IMG/VR virus record: IMGVR_UViG_3300012286_000260
Location: 1-33,070 of that record
DNA: 33,070 nt
Strand: one strand, 5' to 3'
From: a virus
Lineage: Duplodnaviria > Caudoviricetes
Positions within the stretch are counted from its first letter, which is position 1. Each line of letters starts with the position of its first letter. Below the pieces are notes generated by a model. The model worked only from the letters and a program-made list of their open reading frames with translations. It ran no database searches and was not told where the DNA came from. A program made the position numbers and the translations under genes. This document shows positions 1 through 9,124 of the stretch, piece after piece.

Positions 1-10
1 GTCTGTACAC

Positions 11-49
11 TATTAGGCCCTACTGGAGAAAATCTGGTAGGGCTTAGTA
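11..49 (+). terminator. 17-bp stem-loop (GAAAA loop), probable terminator of an upstream unit or RNA structure
   Basis: TATTAGGCCCTACTGGA (11-27) pairs with TCTGGTAGGGCTTAGTA (33-49) including G-U pairs; there is no strong U tract. Confidence 0.55.
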
Positions 50-66
50 CATTCTGTAGCCATATA

Positions 67-75
67 TGGTATACT
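67..75 (+). promoter_or_regulatory. extended -10 promoter TGGTATACT, leaderless configuration
   Basis: TGn+TATACT ends 7 nt before the ATG at 83, with no SD; the same motif recurs at other gene starts. Confidence 0.65.
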
Positions 76-82
76 AGAGTAT

Positions 83-478
83 ATGAACGGATTAATCAAC
101 CCAGAAACTGGGGAACCAATTGTCAAAAATGTACGTAGACAGGTTATTGAAAAGAAGTATAACTGGGGACTCTACGTCTATAAGAAATCTAACGGTAAGT
201 GGTTTACTGACGGAGAAGGAAATGTTTTAAACATTGAGTCAATGCGTAACGATGTTGCAAAGATTGCAGACCTAAAAGCAGCAGCAAGACACTTCGGTGA
301 TGACGGAGAAGGGGAAGCAGTATTTGTCCCTGGACTTACAAGAATTAGCGATGAAGAGCACTCAGAGCAGATGGATCGTATGAAGTCTGGTCTTATTCCA
401 TCAATGAATGACTTGGGAGCATGGCATGCAGCCCAGCAAACATTGAACAAAGCAGGCAAGGATGCATTTGATGACTAA
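83..478 (+). CDS. hypothetical phage protein upstream of the portal (131 aa)
   Basis: Open ORF with a promoter motif upstream; its stop overlaps the portal start; no recognisable family. Confidence 0.75.
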   Translation: MNGLINPETGEPIVKNVRRQVIEKKYNWGLYVYKKSNGKWFTDGEGNVLNIESMRNDVAKIADLKAAARHFGDDGEGEAVFVPGLTRISDEEHSEQMDRMKSGLIPSMNDLGAWHAAQQTLNKAGKDAFDD

Positions 479-2105
479 TAGCGATTACTTAGAGGCAAGA
501 CTTAGTACAGCTGAAAAGCCTGAGAGTCAATTTAAAAATAGTGACCCATTTAATAAATCTTGGGAAGAGCTAAAATCTCTTGGCGGTATTGAGGAAAACT
601 TTAAGCGTCGTGTAACAAGACAAGTAAATAAAGCAATGACCCAAGAAGGTTATCTTGCTACAAATGGAAACATTAATTTACTTAGTCCACAATATCTTGA
701 TTCTGCAAATGCTGATCCAAAAGGATTAAAGGATTCAGGATCTAAAGCAATCAACCCTGGCCTAGTTTATAGAAATGGCTATGGCCTGTTTGATGTTATT
801 ACTCCCCCATACAACATGTATGAGTTGGCTAATTTTTATGACACTTCTTTTGCTAATCATGCAGCTATTGATGCAAAGGTAGAAAATGTTGTTGGTCTTG
901 GATATCGTTTTGATGTTACAGACAGAACAATGCTGAGCCTTGAAAATAACGCAGACAAGGCAGCAACAGATCGTGCAAGAAAGAGAATTGAAAGAGCAAA
1001 GCTAGAGCTTCGTGATTGGATTGAGTCACTAAACGATGACGATAGCTTTACAAGAACAATGGAAAAGATCTACACTGACCTTCAGGCAACTGGAAATGGT
1101 TACATGGAAGTTGGTAGAACTGTATCTGGAGAAATTGGATACATCGGACATATTCCATCTACAACAGTTCGTGTTCGTCGCATTCGTGATGGTTTTGTTC
1201 AGATCATTGGACCAAAGGTTGTTTACTTCCGTAACTTCGGAGCAACTAACCAGAATCCATTAACAGCAGATCCACGTCCAAATGAAATTATTCATTTTAA
1301 AGATTATTCACCATTAAACACATACTACGGTGTTCCTGATATTGTTGCAGCATTGCCTTCTTTGATTGGTGACCAGCTTGCATCACAATACAACATTGAT
1401 TATTTTGAAAACAAAGCGGTACCAAGATATGTAATTACACTTAAGGGTGCAAAGCTATCAGCAGACGCAGAAGACAAGATGTTTAGATTCTTGCAGACAG
1501 GACTTAAGTCTCAGTCACACAGAACTCTTTACATTCCACTTCCTGGAGACAATGATCACTCTAAGGTTGAGTTTGATATGAAGCCAATTGAAAATGGCAT
1601 TCAGGATGGTTCATTTAAGGAATACCGCAAGCAGAACCGTGATGATATTTTGATTGCTCATCAGGTTCCTATCTCTAAGCTTGGAGGGGCAGACTCTGGA
1701 GCTATTGCAGCAGCACTTGCTCAAGATCGCACTTTTAAGGAGCAGGTATCTCGTCCAGAACAACAGCATCTTGAAAAAGTTATTGGAAAGATCATTAAGG
1801 AAAAGACAGATATTTTGCAGTTTAAGTTTAATGAGCTTACACTTACAGATGAGATTGCTCAGTCACAAATCCTTGAGCGTTATGTAAAGAACCAGATTAT
1901 GCTTCCAAATGAGGCACGTGAAATACTGGATCTTCCACAGGCAGAGCACGGGGATGAGCCACTTGAACTAGGTGCAAGACAGGCTGCAGATGCCAGGGCA
2001 AACGGGAATAGATCTCGTGATGCAGAGAGAACAAACAATCAGTCAGATGGATCTGCAACGGTTTCAGGACGCAATCCGAAGGGTGAAGGTAGAGCATCTC
2101 AATAA
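471..2105 (+). CDS. phage portal protein (Phage_portal/PBSX-like)
   Basis: Motifs DLQATGNGYMEV, NEIIHFKDYSPLNTYYGVP, YFENKAVP, ILIAHQVP and MLPNEAREILDLP; lies before the protease and MCP. ATG 471 (AAGGA 8 nt upstream) is preferred over 462. Confidence 0.93.
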   Translation: MTNSDYLEARLSTAEKPESQFKNSDPFNKSWEELKSLGGIEENFKRRVTRQVNKAMTQEGYLATNGNINLLSPQYLDSANADPKGLKDSGSKAINPGLVYRNGYGLFDVITPPYNMYELANFYDTSFANHAAIDAKVENVVGLGYRFDVTDRTMLSLENNADKAATDRARKRIERAKLELRDWIESLNDDDSFTRTMEKIYTDLQATGNGYMEVGRTVSGEIGYIGHIPSTTVRVRRIRDGFVQIIGPKVVYFRNFGATNQNPLTADPRPNEIIHFKDYSPLNTYYGVPDIVAALPSLIGDQLASQYNIDYFENKAVPRYVITLKGAKLSADAEDKMFRFLQTGLKSQSHRTLYIPLPGDNDHSKVEFDMKPIENGIQDGSFKEYRKQNRDDILIAHQVPISKLGGADSGAIAAALAQDRTFKEQVSRPEQQHLEKVIGKIIKEKTDILQFKFNELTLTDEIAQSQILERYVKNQIMLPNEAREILDLPQAEHGDEPLELGARQAADARANGNRSRDAERTNNQSDGSATVSGRNPKGEGRASQ

Positions 2106-2127
2106 CTGAGAAAACTCTATAAAAGTT

Positions 2128-2136
2128 TGGTATAAT
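2128..2136 (+). promoter_or_regulatory. extended -10 promoter TGGTATAAT
   Basis: Perfect TGn-TATAAT in the portal-protease gap, 10 nt before ATG 2147, no SD. Confidence 0.7.
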
Positions 2137-2146
2137 GGATTACAAC

Positions 2147-3478
2147 ATGAACATAAATAAGGCTTTTTGGACCACTGATGGCGACAATGTTCGCCTCTCA
2201 ATGCCCTTTGGCAAAGTAGACACAGAGAAGAGAATCGTTTCTGGTTTTGCGTCTCTGGACAATGTTGACAAGCAGTATGACATTGTTACAACAGAAGCAT
2301 CAATGGCAGCATTTGCAAAGTTCCGTGGGAACATCAGAGAAATGCATCAGCCATCAGCAGTAGGAAAAATGCTTAATTTTAAAGAAGAAAAATATTTTGA
2401 TCCAGAGACAAAGAAGTTCTATAAGGGAGTCTATGTCTCTACTTATATTTCTAAGGGTGCACAGGATGCATGGGAAAAAGTTCTTGATGGAACATACACT
2501 GGTTTTTCAATCGGGGGACGAATGAACAAGTGGGATGATGCATACAATGAAGAACTTGATAAAACAATTCGTGTCATCAAAGACTATGATCTGGTAGAAT
2601 TAAGTCTTGTAGATTCACCAGCAAATCAGTTTGCTAGCATTATGTCTGTTGAGAAAGTTGACGGCGTAGATGTTATTAAGGGAGAATTTGCAGATGTAGT
2701 TGTAGAAAATGTTTTCTATGACGAAGAGACAGGAATAGTTCTAACTTCTGATGAAGAAACATATGTTAGCCCAGTAAGTGGTAACGAAATGAAGAACATT
2801 GGTTTTGTAGAAAAGAATGACTCAGATAAAGCAAATATGATAAAATTCTTAGTTGATAGTGCTAAAGGCATTAATACACCTAAGATTACCAAGGAGGTAA
2901 ACCCTATGACAGAAGAAACAACAGCAGTTGTTGACGCTCCAGTTGCAGAAGCAGTTGAAGCTCCAGCAGCCGAAGCAGTAGTTGAATCAGTTGAGGTCGC
3001 TCCAGAGGCGGATGCAAAGGCAGATACCGTAGAGGCAGAAGAAGAAACAACAGAGAAGGCTGCAAAGCCACATGCTGATGAAGAAACTCCTGCAGAAGAC
3101 GCTGGCGAAAAGCCAGGGGATGAAGAAGCGGAAGACAAGAAGCCAATGGAACCAAAGTCAGATGAAGTAATTGCAAGTGCAATTTCTGAAATTAAAGAAT
3201 CTGTAACTAATGCCTTTGGCGATTTAACAGCAACAATTAAGTCACTTAGTGATGAAGTTGCTAACCTAAAGAAGTCTCTTGATGCCACAACAACTGATGT
3301 GAATCAGATCAAGGGTACTTTTAATGAAATTGGAAAGCGAGTTGATTCCGTAGAAAAGGACACAGCTTTCCGCAAGTCTGGCGATCTAGGCGAGATCGTG
3401 CAGGAATTGGACTCAGCTCCAGTTCAAAAATCCCTATGGGGCGGACGTTTCCTCAAATTCTCCGACCTATATAACTAA
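2147..3478 (+). CDS. HK97-family prohead maturation protease fused to an acidic scaffold region
   Basis: VSGFAS..VDKQYDIV, IREMH, GFSIGG and LVELSLVDSPAN (His/Ser/Glu of Peptidase_S78); acidic Ala/Glu linker and C-terminal coiled coil. The ORF-track ATG at 2135 lies inside the -10 box, so 2147 is preferred. Confidence 0.9.
   Translation: MNINKAFWTTDGDNVRLSMPFGKVDTEKRIVSGFASLDNVDKQYDIVTTEASMAAFAKFRGNIREMHQPSAVGKMLNFKEEKYFDPETKKFYKGVYVSTYISKGAQDAWEKVLDGTYTGFSIGGRMNKWDDAYNEELDKTIRVIKDYDLVELSLVDSPANQFASIMSVEKVDGVDVIKGEFADVVVENVFYDEETGIVLTSDEETYVSPVSGNEMKNIGFVEKNDSDKANMIKFLVDSAKGINTPKITKEVNPMTEETTAVVDAPVAEAVEAPAAEAVVESVEVAPEADAKADTVEAEEETTEKAAKPHADEETPAEDAGEKPGDEEAEDKKPMEPKSDEVIASAISEIKESVTNAFGDLTATIKSLSDEVANLKKSLDATTTDVNQIKGTFNEIGKRVDSVEKDTAFRKSGDLGEIVQELDSAPVQKSLWGGRFLKFSDLYN
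2838..2846 (+). promoter_or_regulatory. putative internal extended -10 promoter TGATAAAAT
   Basis: Matches TGnTAnnnT and lies about 60 nt upstream of the internal SD/ATG at 2891/2906. Confidence 0.4.
2906..3478 (+). CDS. nested in-frame scaffolding protein (190 aa, MTEETTAVV...)
   Basis: Perfect SD AAGGAGGT (2891-2898) 7 nt before in-frame ATG 2906, where the acidic/coiled-coil region begins; analogous to lambda C/Nu3. Confidence 0.7.
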   Translation: MTEETTAVVDAPVAEAVEAPAAEAVVESVEVAPEADAKADTVEAEEETTEKAAKPHADEETPAEDAGEKPGDEEAEDKKPMEPKSDEVIASAISEIKESVTNAFGDLTATIKSLSDEVANLKKSLDATTTDVNQIKGTFNEIGKRVDSVEKDTAFRKSGDLGEIVQELDSAPVQKSLWGGRFLKFSDLYN

Positions 3479-3505
3479 CATAAAAATCACTAGGAGGTGA
3501 ACAAT

Positions 3506-4618
3506 ATGTCAGAAGATATCGTAAAAAACTATCCAGGTACTAGCGAAGGCCACACTCATACAGGTGAAGGCGCAGTAGCATCTGGTTCTACATCAGACGC
3601 AGCAGCCATTGTTAATGGTCGTGTTGGCGTTATGGGTAACATTGATGGTGCAAATTACGGAACAACAGGTGCTAATGGAGTAAATCCAGTAGGTACACCT
3701 GGCGGTATCCTATTGCCTGAACAAGCTCGTCGCTTCATTGATTATGTGTGGGATGCTACAGTTCTCGCTAAGGATGGACGTAGAGTTACAATGAGAGCTA
3801 ACACAATGGAACTTGAAAAGGTTAACGTTGGTGAGCGTGTAATTCGTGCAGCAGCACAGGCAGACCCTACATTTACAAATGCAGGAGCAACTTTCTCAAA
3901 GGTTGAATTGACTACAAAGAAGATTCGTCTTGACTGGGAAGTTTCAACAGAAGCACTTGAAGACAACGTAGAAGGTGGAGCTCTTGAAGATCACCTTGTT
4001 CGTTTGATGACAACAGCTTTTGCTAACGACATTGAAGATCTTGCGATCAACGGTGACGGATCAACAGGCAACTTCCTTTCAATCATGGAAGGTTTTGTTT
4101 CAAAGGCACAGGGCGGAGACTCACACGAGTCACTCGTAACAGTTGAAAATAACAACTGGACAACACCTGTTCTCCAGGATATCATCCTTGCAATGCCACG
4201 CAAGTACCGTGCAATCAAGAACAATCTTAAGTTCTATGCTGGTACAGACGCATTCCAGGGTATTGTCAAGAACAACGGTACACTTGCTGATGCAATTGCA
4301 GAAGCATTTACACCACGTCTTGGTGGTACTGAGGCTAACCGTCAGGCATACTACGATGGAAACGCTCAGACATTCGGTGGAGCACGTACAACACGTGTCC
4401 TCGGTGTTGAAGTACAGGAAGTTCCTTACTACCCTGCAGGATATGTAGATCTTACATTCCCACAGAACCGTGTATGGGGATTCCAGCGTGATATCACTGT
4501 AAACCGTTTCTACCAGCCAAAGAAGGACACAATTGAGTACACAGTATTCGTCCGCTTTGGTATTCAGTGGGAAGAGCTTGATGCAGTTGCATACGCAACA
4601 GCAGCAGACAACTCATAA
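3506..4618 (+). CDS. major capsid protein (HK97 fold)
   Basis: GGILLPEQARRFID, KVELTTKKIRLDWEVSTEALEDN and FANDIEDLAINGDG; SD AGGAGGTGA (3492-3500) favours ATG 3506; follows the protease/scaffold. Confidence 0.93.
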   Translation: MSEDIVKNYPGTSEGHTHTGEGAVASGSTSDAAAIVNGRVGVMGNIDGANYGTTGANGVNPVGTPGGILLPEQARRFIDYVWDATVLAKDGRRVTMRANTMELEKVNVGERVIRAAAQADPTFTNAGATFSKVELTTKKIRLDWEVSTEALEDNVEGGALEDHLVRLMTTAFANDIEDLAINGDGSTGNFLSIMEGFVSKAQGGDSHESLVTVENNNWTTPVLQDIILAMPRKYRAIKNNLKFYAGTDAFQGIVKNNGTLADAIAEAFTPRLGGTEANRQAYYDGNAQTFGGARTTRVLGVEVQEVPYYPAGYVDLTFPQNRVWGFQRDITVNRFYQPKKDTIEYTVFVRFGIQWEELDAVAYATAADNS

Positions 4619-4630
4619 TCGCAAAACGAT

Positions 4631-4673
4631 TGACTTTGGGGAACGGTGTAAAAGCCGTTCCCTTCAGTCATTT
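4631..4673 (+). terminator. stem-loop after the MCP, probable intrinsic terminator or attenuator
   Basis: GGGGAACGGT-GTAAAA-GCCGTTCCCT extended by TGACT/AGTCA pairing, followed by TTT. Confidence 0.65.
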
Positions 4674-4727
4674 ATAAGGAGAATAAATGTCATATCCAGG
4701 AACACCGCAAGACCACACACACGTTGC

Positions 4728-5699
4728 GGTGCAAATTACGGAACAACAGGTGCTAATGGAGTAAATCCAGTAGGTACACCTGGCGGTATCCTATTGCCTG
4801 AACAAGCTCGTCGCTTCATTGATTATGTGTGGGATGCTACAGTTCTCGCTAAGGATGGACGTAGAGTTACAATGAGAGCTAACACAATGGAACTTGAAAA
4901 GGTTAACGTTGGTGAGCGTGTAATTCGTGCAGCAGCACAGGCAGACCCTACATTTACAAATGCAGGAGCAACTTTCTCAAAGGTTGAATTGACTACAAAG
5001 AAGATTCGTCTTGACTGGGAAGTTTCAACAGAAGCACTTGAAGACAACGTAGAAGGTGGAGCTCTTGAAGATCACCTTGTTCGTTTGATGACAACAGCTT
5101 TTGCTAACGACATTGAAGATCTTGCGATCAACGGTGACGGATCAACAGGCAACTTCCTTTCAATCATGGAAGGTTTTGTTTCAAAGGCACAGGGCGGAGA
5201 CTCACACGAGTCACTCGTAACAGTTGAAAATAACAACTGGACAACACCTGTTCTCCAGGATATCATCCTTGCAATGCCACGCAAGTACCGTGCAATCAAG
5301 AACAATCTTAAGTTCTATGCTGGTACAGACGCATTCCAGGGTATTGTCAAGAACAACGGTACACTTGCTGATGCAATTGCAGAAGCATTTACACCACGTC
5401 TTGGTGGTACTGAGGCTAACCGTCAGGCATACTACGATGGAAACGCTCAGACATTCGGTGGAGCACGTACAACACGTGTCCTCGGTGTTGAAGTACAGGA
5501 AGTTCCTTACTACCCTGCAGGATATGTAGATCTTACATTCCCACAGAACCGTGTATGGGGATTCCAGCGTGATATCACTGTAAACCGTTTCTACCAGCCA
5601 AAGAAGGACACAATTGAGTACACAGTATTCGTCCGCTTTGGTATTCAGTGGGAAGAGCTTGATGCAGTTGCATACGCAACAGCAGCAGACAACTCATAA
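4728..5699 (+). pseudogene. 5'-truncated second MCP copy (lacks the first 47 codons); possibly an assembly artefact
   Basis: Identical translation to the MCP from GANYG onward; no SD/ATG; the upstream ATG at 4687 is out of frame and stops at 4764. Confidence 0.7.
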
Positions 5700-5711
5700 T
5701 CGCAAAACGAT

Positions 5712-5754
5712 TGACTTTGGGGAACGGTGTAAAAGCCGTTCCCTTCAGTCATTT
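5712..5754 (+). terminator. duplicate of the post-MCP stem-loop
   Basis: Same sequence as 4631-4673, offset by 1081. Confidence 0.6.
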
Positions 5755-5767
5755 ATAAGGAGAATAA

Positions 5768-6010
5768 ATGTCATATCCAGGAACACCGCAAGACCACACA
5801 CACGTTGCAGAAGGTGCAATCGTAACATTGGGTAACCCAGGGGTTATAGTAATGGGTCCAGGAGGCTTACAGGCCAATACAATGGGCACTCTAGGGCAAG
5901 CAAACATGGGTGATACATCTGGTCCAAATGCTGTTAACCCCTCTGGAACTCCAAATGGAATTCGTTTACCATCACAAAATAATTTTGGTATAGGAAGAAG
6001 ACGACGCTAA
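5768..6010 (+). CDS. 80-aa paralog of the MCP N-terminal arm with an Arg-rich C-terminus
   Basis: SD AAGGAG; YPGT..HTH..EGA and MG...ANxG..G.N.VNP.GTP.GI.LP.Q are shared with about MCP residues 9-73. Confidence 0.8.
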   Translation: MSYPGTPQDHTHVAEGAIVTLGNPGVIVMGPGGLQANTMGTLGQANMGDTSGPNAVNPSGTPNGIRLPSQNNFGIGRRRR

Positions 6011-6013
6011 TTC

Positions 6014-6022
6014 TGGTATAAT
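6014..6022 (+). promoter_or_regulatory. extended -10 promoter TGGTATAAT
   Basis: Perfect motif in the intergenic gap, followed by SD AGGAGG and ATG 6039. Confidence 0.7.
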
Positions 6023-6038
6023 GACTTAGGAGGAATTA

Positions 6039-6383
6039 ATGTTTACTATTGAAGATTTGTCTAAAAAGACTGTTATGGAAATAAAGTCTTATGCAAAAAG
6101 AAATAACATTGATTTGTTGGGGGCAACAAAAAAGGCTGAAATGCTTGAAGTAATAGCAAATTGGACTCCATCAGAGCCAGAGGTTTTACTAGAAGAAGAA
6201 AAGCCAAAGCAAGAAAAAGTAGCACTATTTTCAGAGCGTAACATATTTTGGAATGGTGTTGGCGAAGTCGTAAAAGGCTATAACATAGTAACCAAGGAGG
6301 TTTCCGAAAAGTGGCTTACCCACAGCAAGGTTCGCATAGCGACACCCCAAGAAGTGGCAAGGTACTACGGTAAAAAAACATGA
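6039..6383 (+). CDS. Rho_N/HeH-domain protein (114 aa)
   Basis: EDLSKKTVMEIKSYAKRNNIDLLGATKKAEMLEVI fits the helix-extension-helix Rho N-terminal pattern; such genes are common after capsid genes. Confidence 0.7.
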   Translation: MFTIEDLSKKTVMEIKSYAKRNNIDLLGATKKAEMLEVIANWTPSEPEVLLEEEKPKQEKVALFSERNIFWNGVGEVVKGYNIVTKEVSEKWLTHSKVRIATPQEVARYYGKKT

Positions 6384-7366
6384 TAATTCTTAGACTCCCA
6401 CCATACCCTATTGATGTTAAGTATGATGTGCCAGCACCAAATACTAACTATCTTTTTACAATTGAAAATGCTCCACGAACCATTGAGGCATCAGAGGTTT
6501 TAACATCAGATGACAACTCACAAATAACATTCCGCCTCACAGGTGATTTTATTACATATGATCATGACTACTCTGTACAGATCTACGAAATCAACAATGA
6601 TCCAGAAGAGCATATCTTGGTTCAAGATATTTTAAGTATTGTTCGTCCATATGTTGATCCAAAAACTTTGGGGACAACAGCAACAGAAATTGCAGAAGCT
6701 ACATACAATGAACGTATTGCTAGAGCTATTGTTGACTCGCTGATTAATCGTGGGTTTACATTTGAGAAGAAGGTCCTTGAAGTAGTGGGACAAGGAACAG
6801 ATTATATGCCAGTATGGGAAACAATCTACAAGATTAATCAGGTTTACGAAAATGGCGTATTGGTTTATGATGTTACAAACACAACTGATGGTCCAGCACT
6901 TGCAGGATTTGACTATAGAGTTACACAAGACAGAACGTCTATTGTAAAGGTTCCAACAGATTCAAGTCAGTATGAGCCAAAAAATCGTTCAGAACGTAAA
7001 CCCCTTAAGTATAGAGATGCTGGATCAGACTCATTCTATGCTCATGCACCATATGAAAACTTTGATAATATGTGGACAAACACACGTAACCCAGCTGTAG
7101 CATTCCCTGAAGGACATGACTATATATTTATTTATGATGCTGGGTACAAGGTTATTCCTAACGATGTTCGTGATGCTGTAAAGATGATGATTGATGACCT
7201 TAAGTGTGGCAAGATGGATCACTACAAGGCGTACATTACTAACTATGAGACAGATCAGTTCAAGCTTCAGTACGACCCATCTAAGTTCTTTGGAACTGGG
7301 AATATTCTTGTTGACATTATTCTTGATAAGTATATGACAAACCTTCGCACTCCTGGGATGTTGTAA
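6380..7366 (+). CDS. head-tail adaptor/connector protein
   Basis: Position; C-terminal YDAGYKVIPNDVRDAVKMMI and VDIILDKY resemble gp6-like adaptors; ATGA overlap with the previous gene. Confidence 0.65.
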   Translation: MIILRLPPYPIDVKYDVPAPNTNYLFTIENAPRTIEASEVLTSDDNSQITFRLTGDFITYDHDYSVQIYEINNDPEEHILVQDILSIVRPYVDPKTLGTTATEIAEATYNERIARAIVDSLINRGFTFEKKVLEVVGQGTDYMPVWETIYKINQVYENGVLVYDVTNTTDGPALAGFDYRVTQDRTSIVKVPTDSSQYEPKNRSERKPLKYRDAGSDSFYAHAPYENFDNMWTNTRNPAVAFPEGHDYIFIYDAGYKVIPNDVRDAVKMMIDDLKCGKMDHYKAYITNYETDQFKLQYDPSKFFGTGNILVDIILDKYMTNLRTPGML

Positions 7367-7815
7367 TGGCAAATTGTGAATCTACAGATTTTATGTTTCC
7401 GCTTCTTGCAGATATATATTATGCTGTAATAACACAAAATGAATATGGCAAGCCAACAAAAGAGTGGATCTTTGACAGAACCATAGCCTGTAATGCTCAG
7501 CCTCTAACAAAAAGGGCTCAAGAAGACATTAGCCCAGCAGTATTTTTACAGCAAGATGGAAAGCTAGCTTCTAGATCAAGATCAGATATTAGAGTTTCAT
7601 CAAAAGGAGAAGACTACGCAATTACCAATATACTTGTAACTAATGTCAGACTCCCTGGAGATAGTATAGTTTACAGAGAAACCTCTGGACCAAGAAAGGG
7701 AAGAGGCACAATGTTTGAAGTTGCTTCCTTTGAGCCTTTTATCGGAGGCCTTCAGTCAATAGAGTATTATCATATGATGTGGCGTAGATCTGAAAACCAG
7801 ACAGTTGGTGAATAA
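7366..7815 (+). CDS. putative head-closure (stopper) protein
   Basis: Position, size, beta-rich sequence, QNEYGKPTKEW motif, TAATG coupling. Confidence 0.55.
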   Translation: MANCESTDFMFPLLADIYYAVITQNEYGKPTKEWIFDRTIACNAQPLTKRAQEDISPAVFLQQDGKLASRSRSDIRVSSKGEDYAITNILVTNVRLPGDSIVYRETSGPRKGRGTMFEVASFEPFIGGLQSIEYYHMMWRRSENQTVGE

Positions 7816-8492
7816 TGACTGTCACAATTAATACTAAAGATTTAGAAAATAAAATAAACAATGTAGTTAATTACTCATTTGGATTTTTAGAAGGTGCTCA
7901 AAAAGGCAAAGCCGTAATGCTCAAGCATATGGGAGAAAACATAGTTCTTCTTTTAAAAGAATACATAGACGCAGAAGCAAGATCAAATCAGAAGGCTCTT
8001 CACCATATTTACGAATGGTATCAAACAGGAAGTCCAGAAGCAAGACTATATGACTTTACATATACTGTCAGCAATCTAGGACTTTCTTTTAAGTCTAACT
8101 TTAGCCAGTCAAAGTCTTTAGCGGATGGATCAACTGTACCATTTTATAATAAGGCAAAGATTATGGAAGAGGGAATCCCCGTAACCATAGCACCTAAAAA
8201 ATCTAATGTTCTTGCATTTGATGTTAATGGAACAACAGTCTTTACTAAAAATCCAGTAACTGTTGAAAACCCAGGAGGAGATTTTGTTCAGGGGTCATTT
8301 GAGAAAATAGCAGATCAATTTTTTAATGTCTATTTTAGACAATCTTTTCTTAGATCATCAGGCCTTTATCAGTATATAAAGAAGCCAAGACTGTACAAGG
8401 ATAACTTTGCTTCTGGATCTAGACTAGGAAAGTCTTTAGGGGTTTCAACTGGATTTAAGTGGATAGCTAACGCACAAGTAGGAATGGGATAA
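7815..8492 (+). CDS. putative neck/tail-completion protein
   Basis: Synteny; IMEEG...IAPKKSNVLAF...V..PG resembles HK97 gp10-like neck proteins. Confidence 0.5.
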   Translation: MTVTINTKDLENKINNVVNYSFGFLEGAQKGKAVMLKHMGENIVLLLKEYIDAEARSNQKALHHIYEWYQTGSPEARLYDFTYTVSNLGLSFKSNFSQSKSLADGSTVPFYNKAKIMEEGIPVTIAPKKSNVLAFDVNGTTVFTKNPVTVENPGGDFVQGSFEKIADQFFNVYFRQSFLRSSGLYQYIKKPRLYKDNFASGSRLGKSLGVSTGFKWIANAQVGMG

Positions 8493-8495
8493 GAG

Positions 8496-9044
8496 ATGAC
8501 ATATACAGCTAAAGAAACGACAGGGTTTCCACCCTTACTATTAAACAAATATATTCTTGGACAGCTAGAGCTTCATGGCCTATATACCCCAAACCCAAAC
8601 GGTATGGGTGAGCCAATCATTACAGTTCAGTCTACCAATATTGATGACCTATTTGACGAGATCTTGCCACCAGATGGACTACCATTTTTGATAGTTTACG
8701 ATAGACTGGTCAGACTAAGACCAAACTCATTTTACAGAAACAAAAGAGAACAGCTTGTTTATACTATCCACTCTACTGACGAATCAAAGATGCTAGATAT
8801 TTCAAGGGTAATTATAGAAGCCCTAGACCGTGAAGACTCATCTGGACAGGATATCAACCAATGGCTTTTAGAAAATAAGGCAGCCCTTGGTAGTCTAAAC
8901 CACAATGTATTTTTCCATAGATCAAAGGTATTTCAGATTGATGAGACCAGGGACCTTCTTGAGCTGGGATCTATCAAGTTTAACTACCGTGGCAAGATAA
9001 TCATTGAGTATGACTACCACACCACAGGGTCATTATACACTTAA
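8496..9044 (+). CDS. putative tail terminator protein
   Basis: Immediately precedes the tail tube gene; size and a PFLIVYD strand pattern. Confidence 0.5.
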   Translation: MTYTAKETTGFPPLLLNKYILGQLELHGLYTPNPNGMGEPIITVQSTNIDDLFDEILPPDGLPFLIVYDRLVRLRPNSFYRNKREQLVYTIHSTDESKMLDISRVIIEALDREDSSGQDINQWLLENKAALGSLNHNVFFHRSKVFQIDETRDLLELGSIKFNYRGKIIIEYDYHTTGSLYT

Positions 9045-9050
9045 AAAAGC

Positions 9051-9059
9051 TGATATACT
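9051..9059 (+). promoter_or_regulatory. extended -10 promoter TGATATACT
   Basis: TGnTATACT in the 80-nt gap before the tail tube gene; SD GAGGTGA follows. Confidence 0.6.
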
Positions 9060-9124
9060 GTATTTTGAGGAAACACAACGCCAACACAATTTAATAACCC
9101 TATTTAGGAAAAAGAGGTGAAAAT

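Larger units (their letters stand above)
3647..5808. repeat. 1081-bp direct tandem duplication (3647-4727 and 4728-5808)
   Basis: Constant 1081-nt offset; translations in three frames are identical between copies; junction CACGTTGC|GGTGCAAATTAC. Confidence 0.95.

Noticed and set aside
4533-4727. ORF-track 388-aa second MCP with a novel N-terminus
   Set aside because: TTG start without SD, overlapping the first MCP and running through the hairpin; the frame is open only because of the duplication junction
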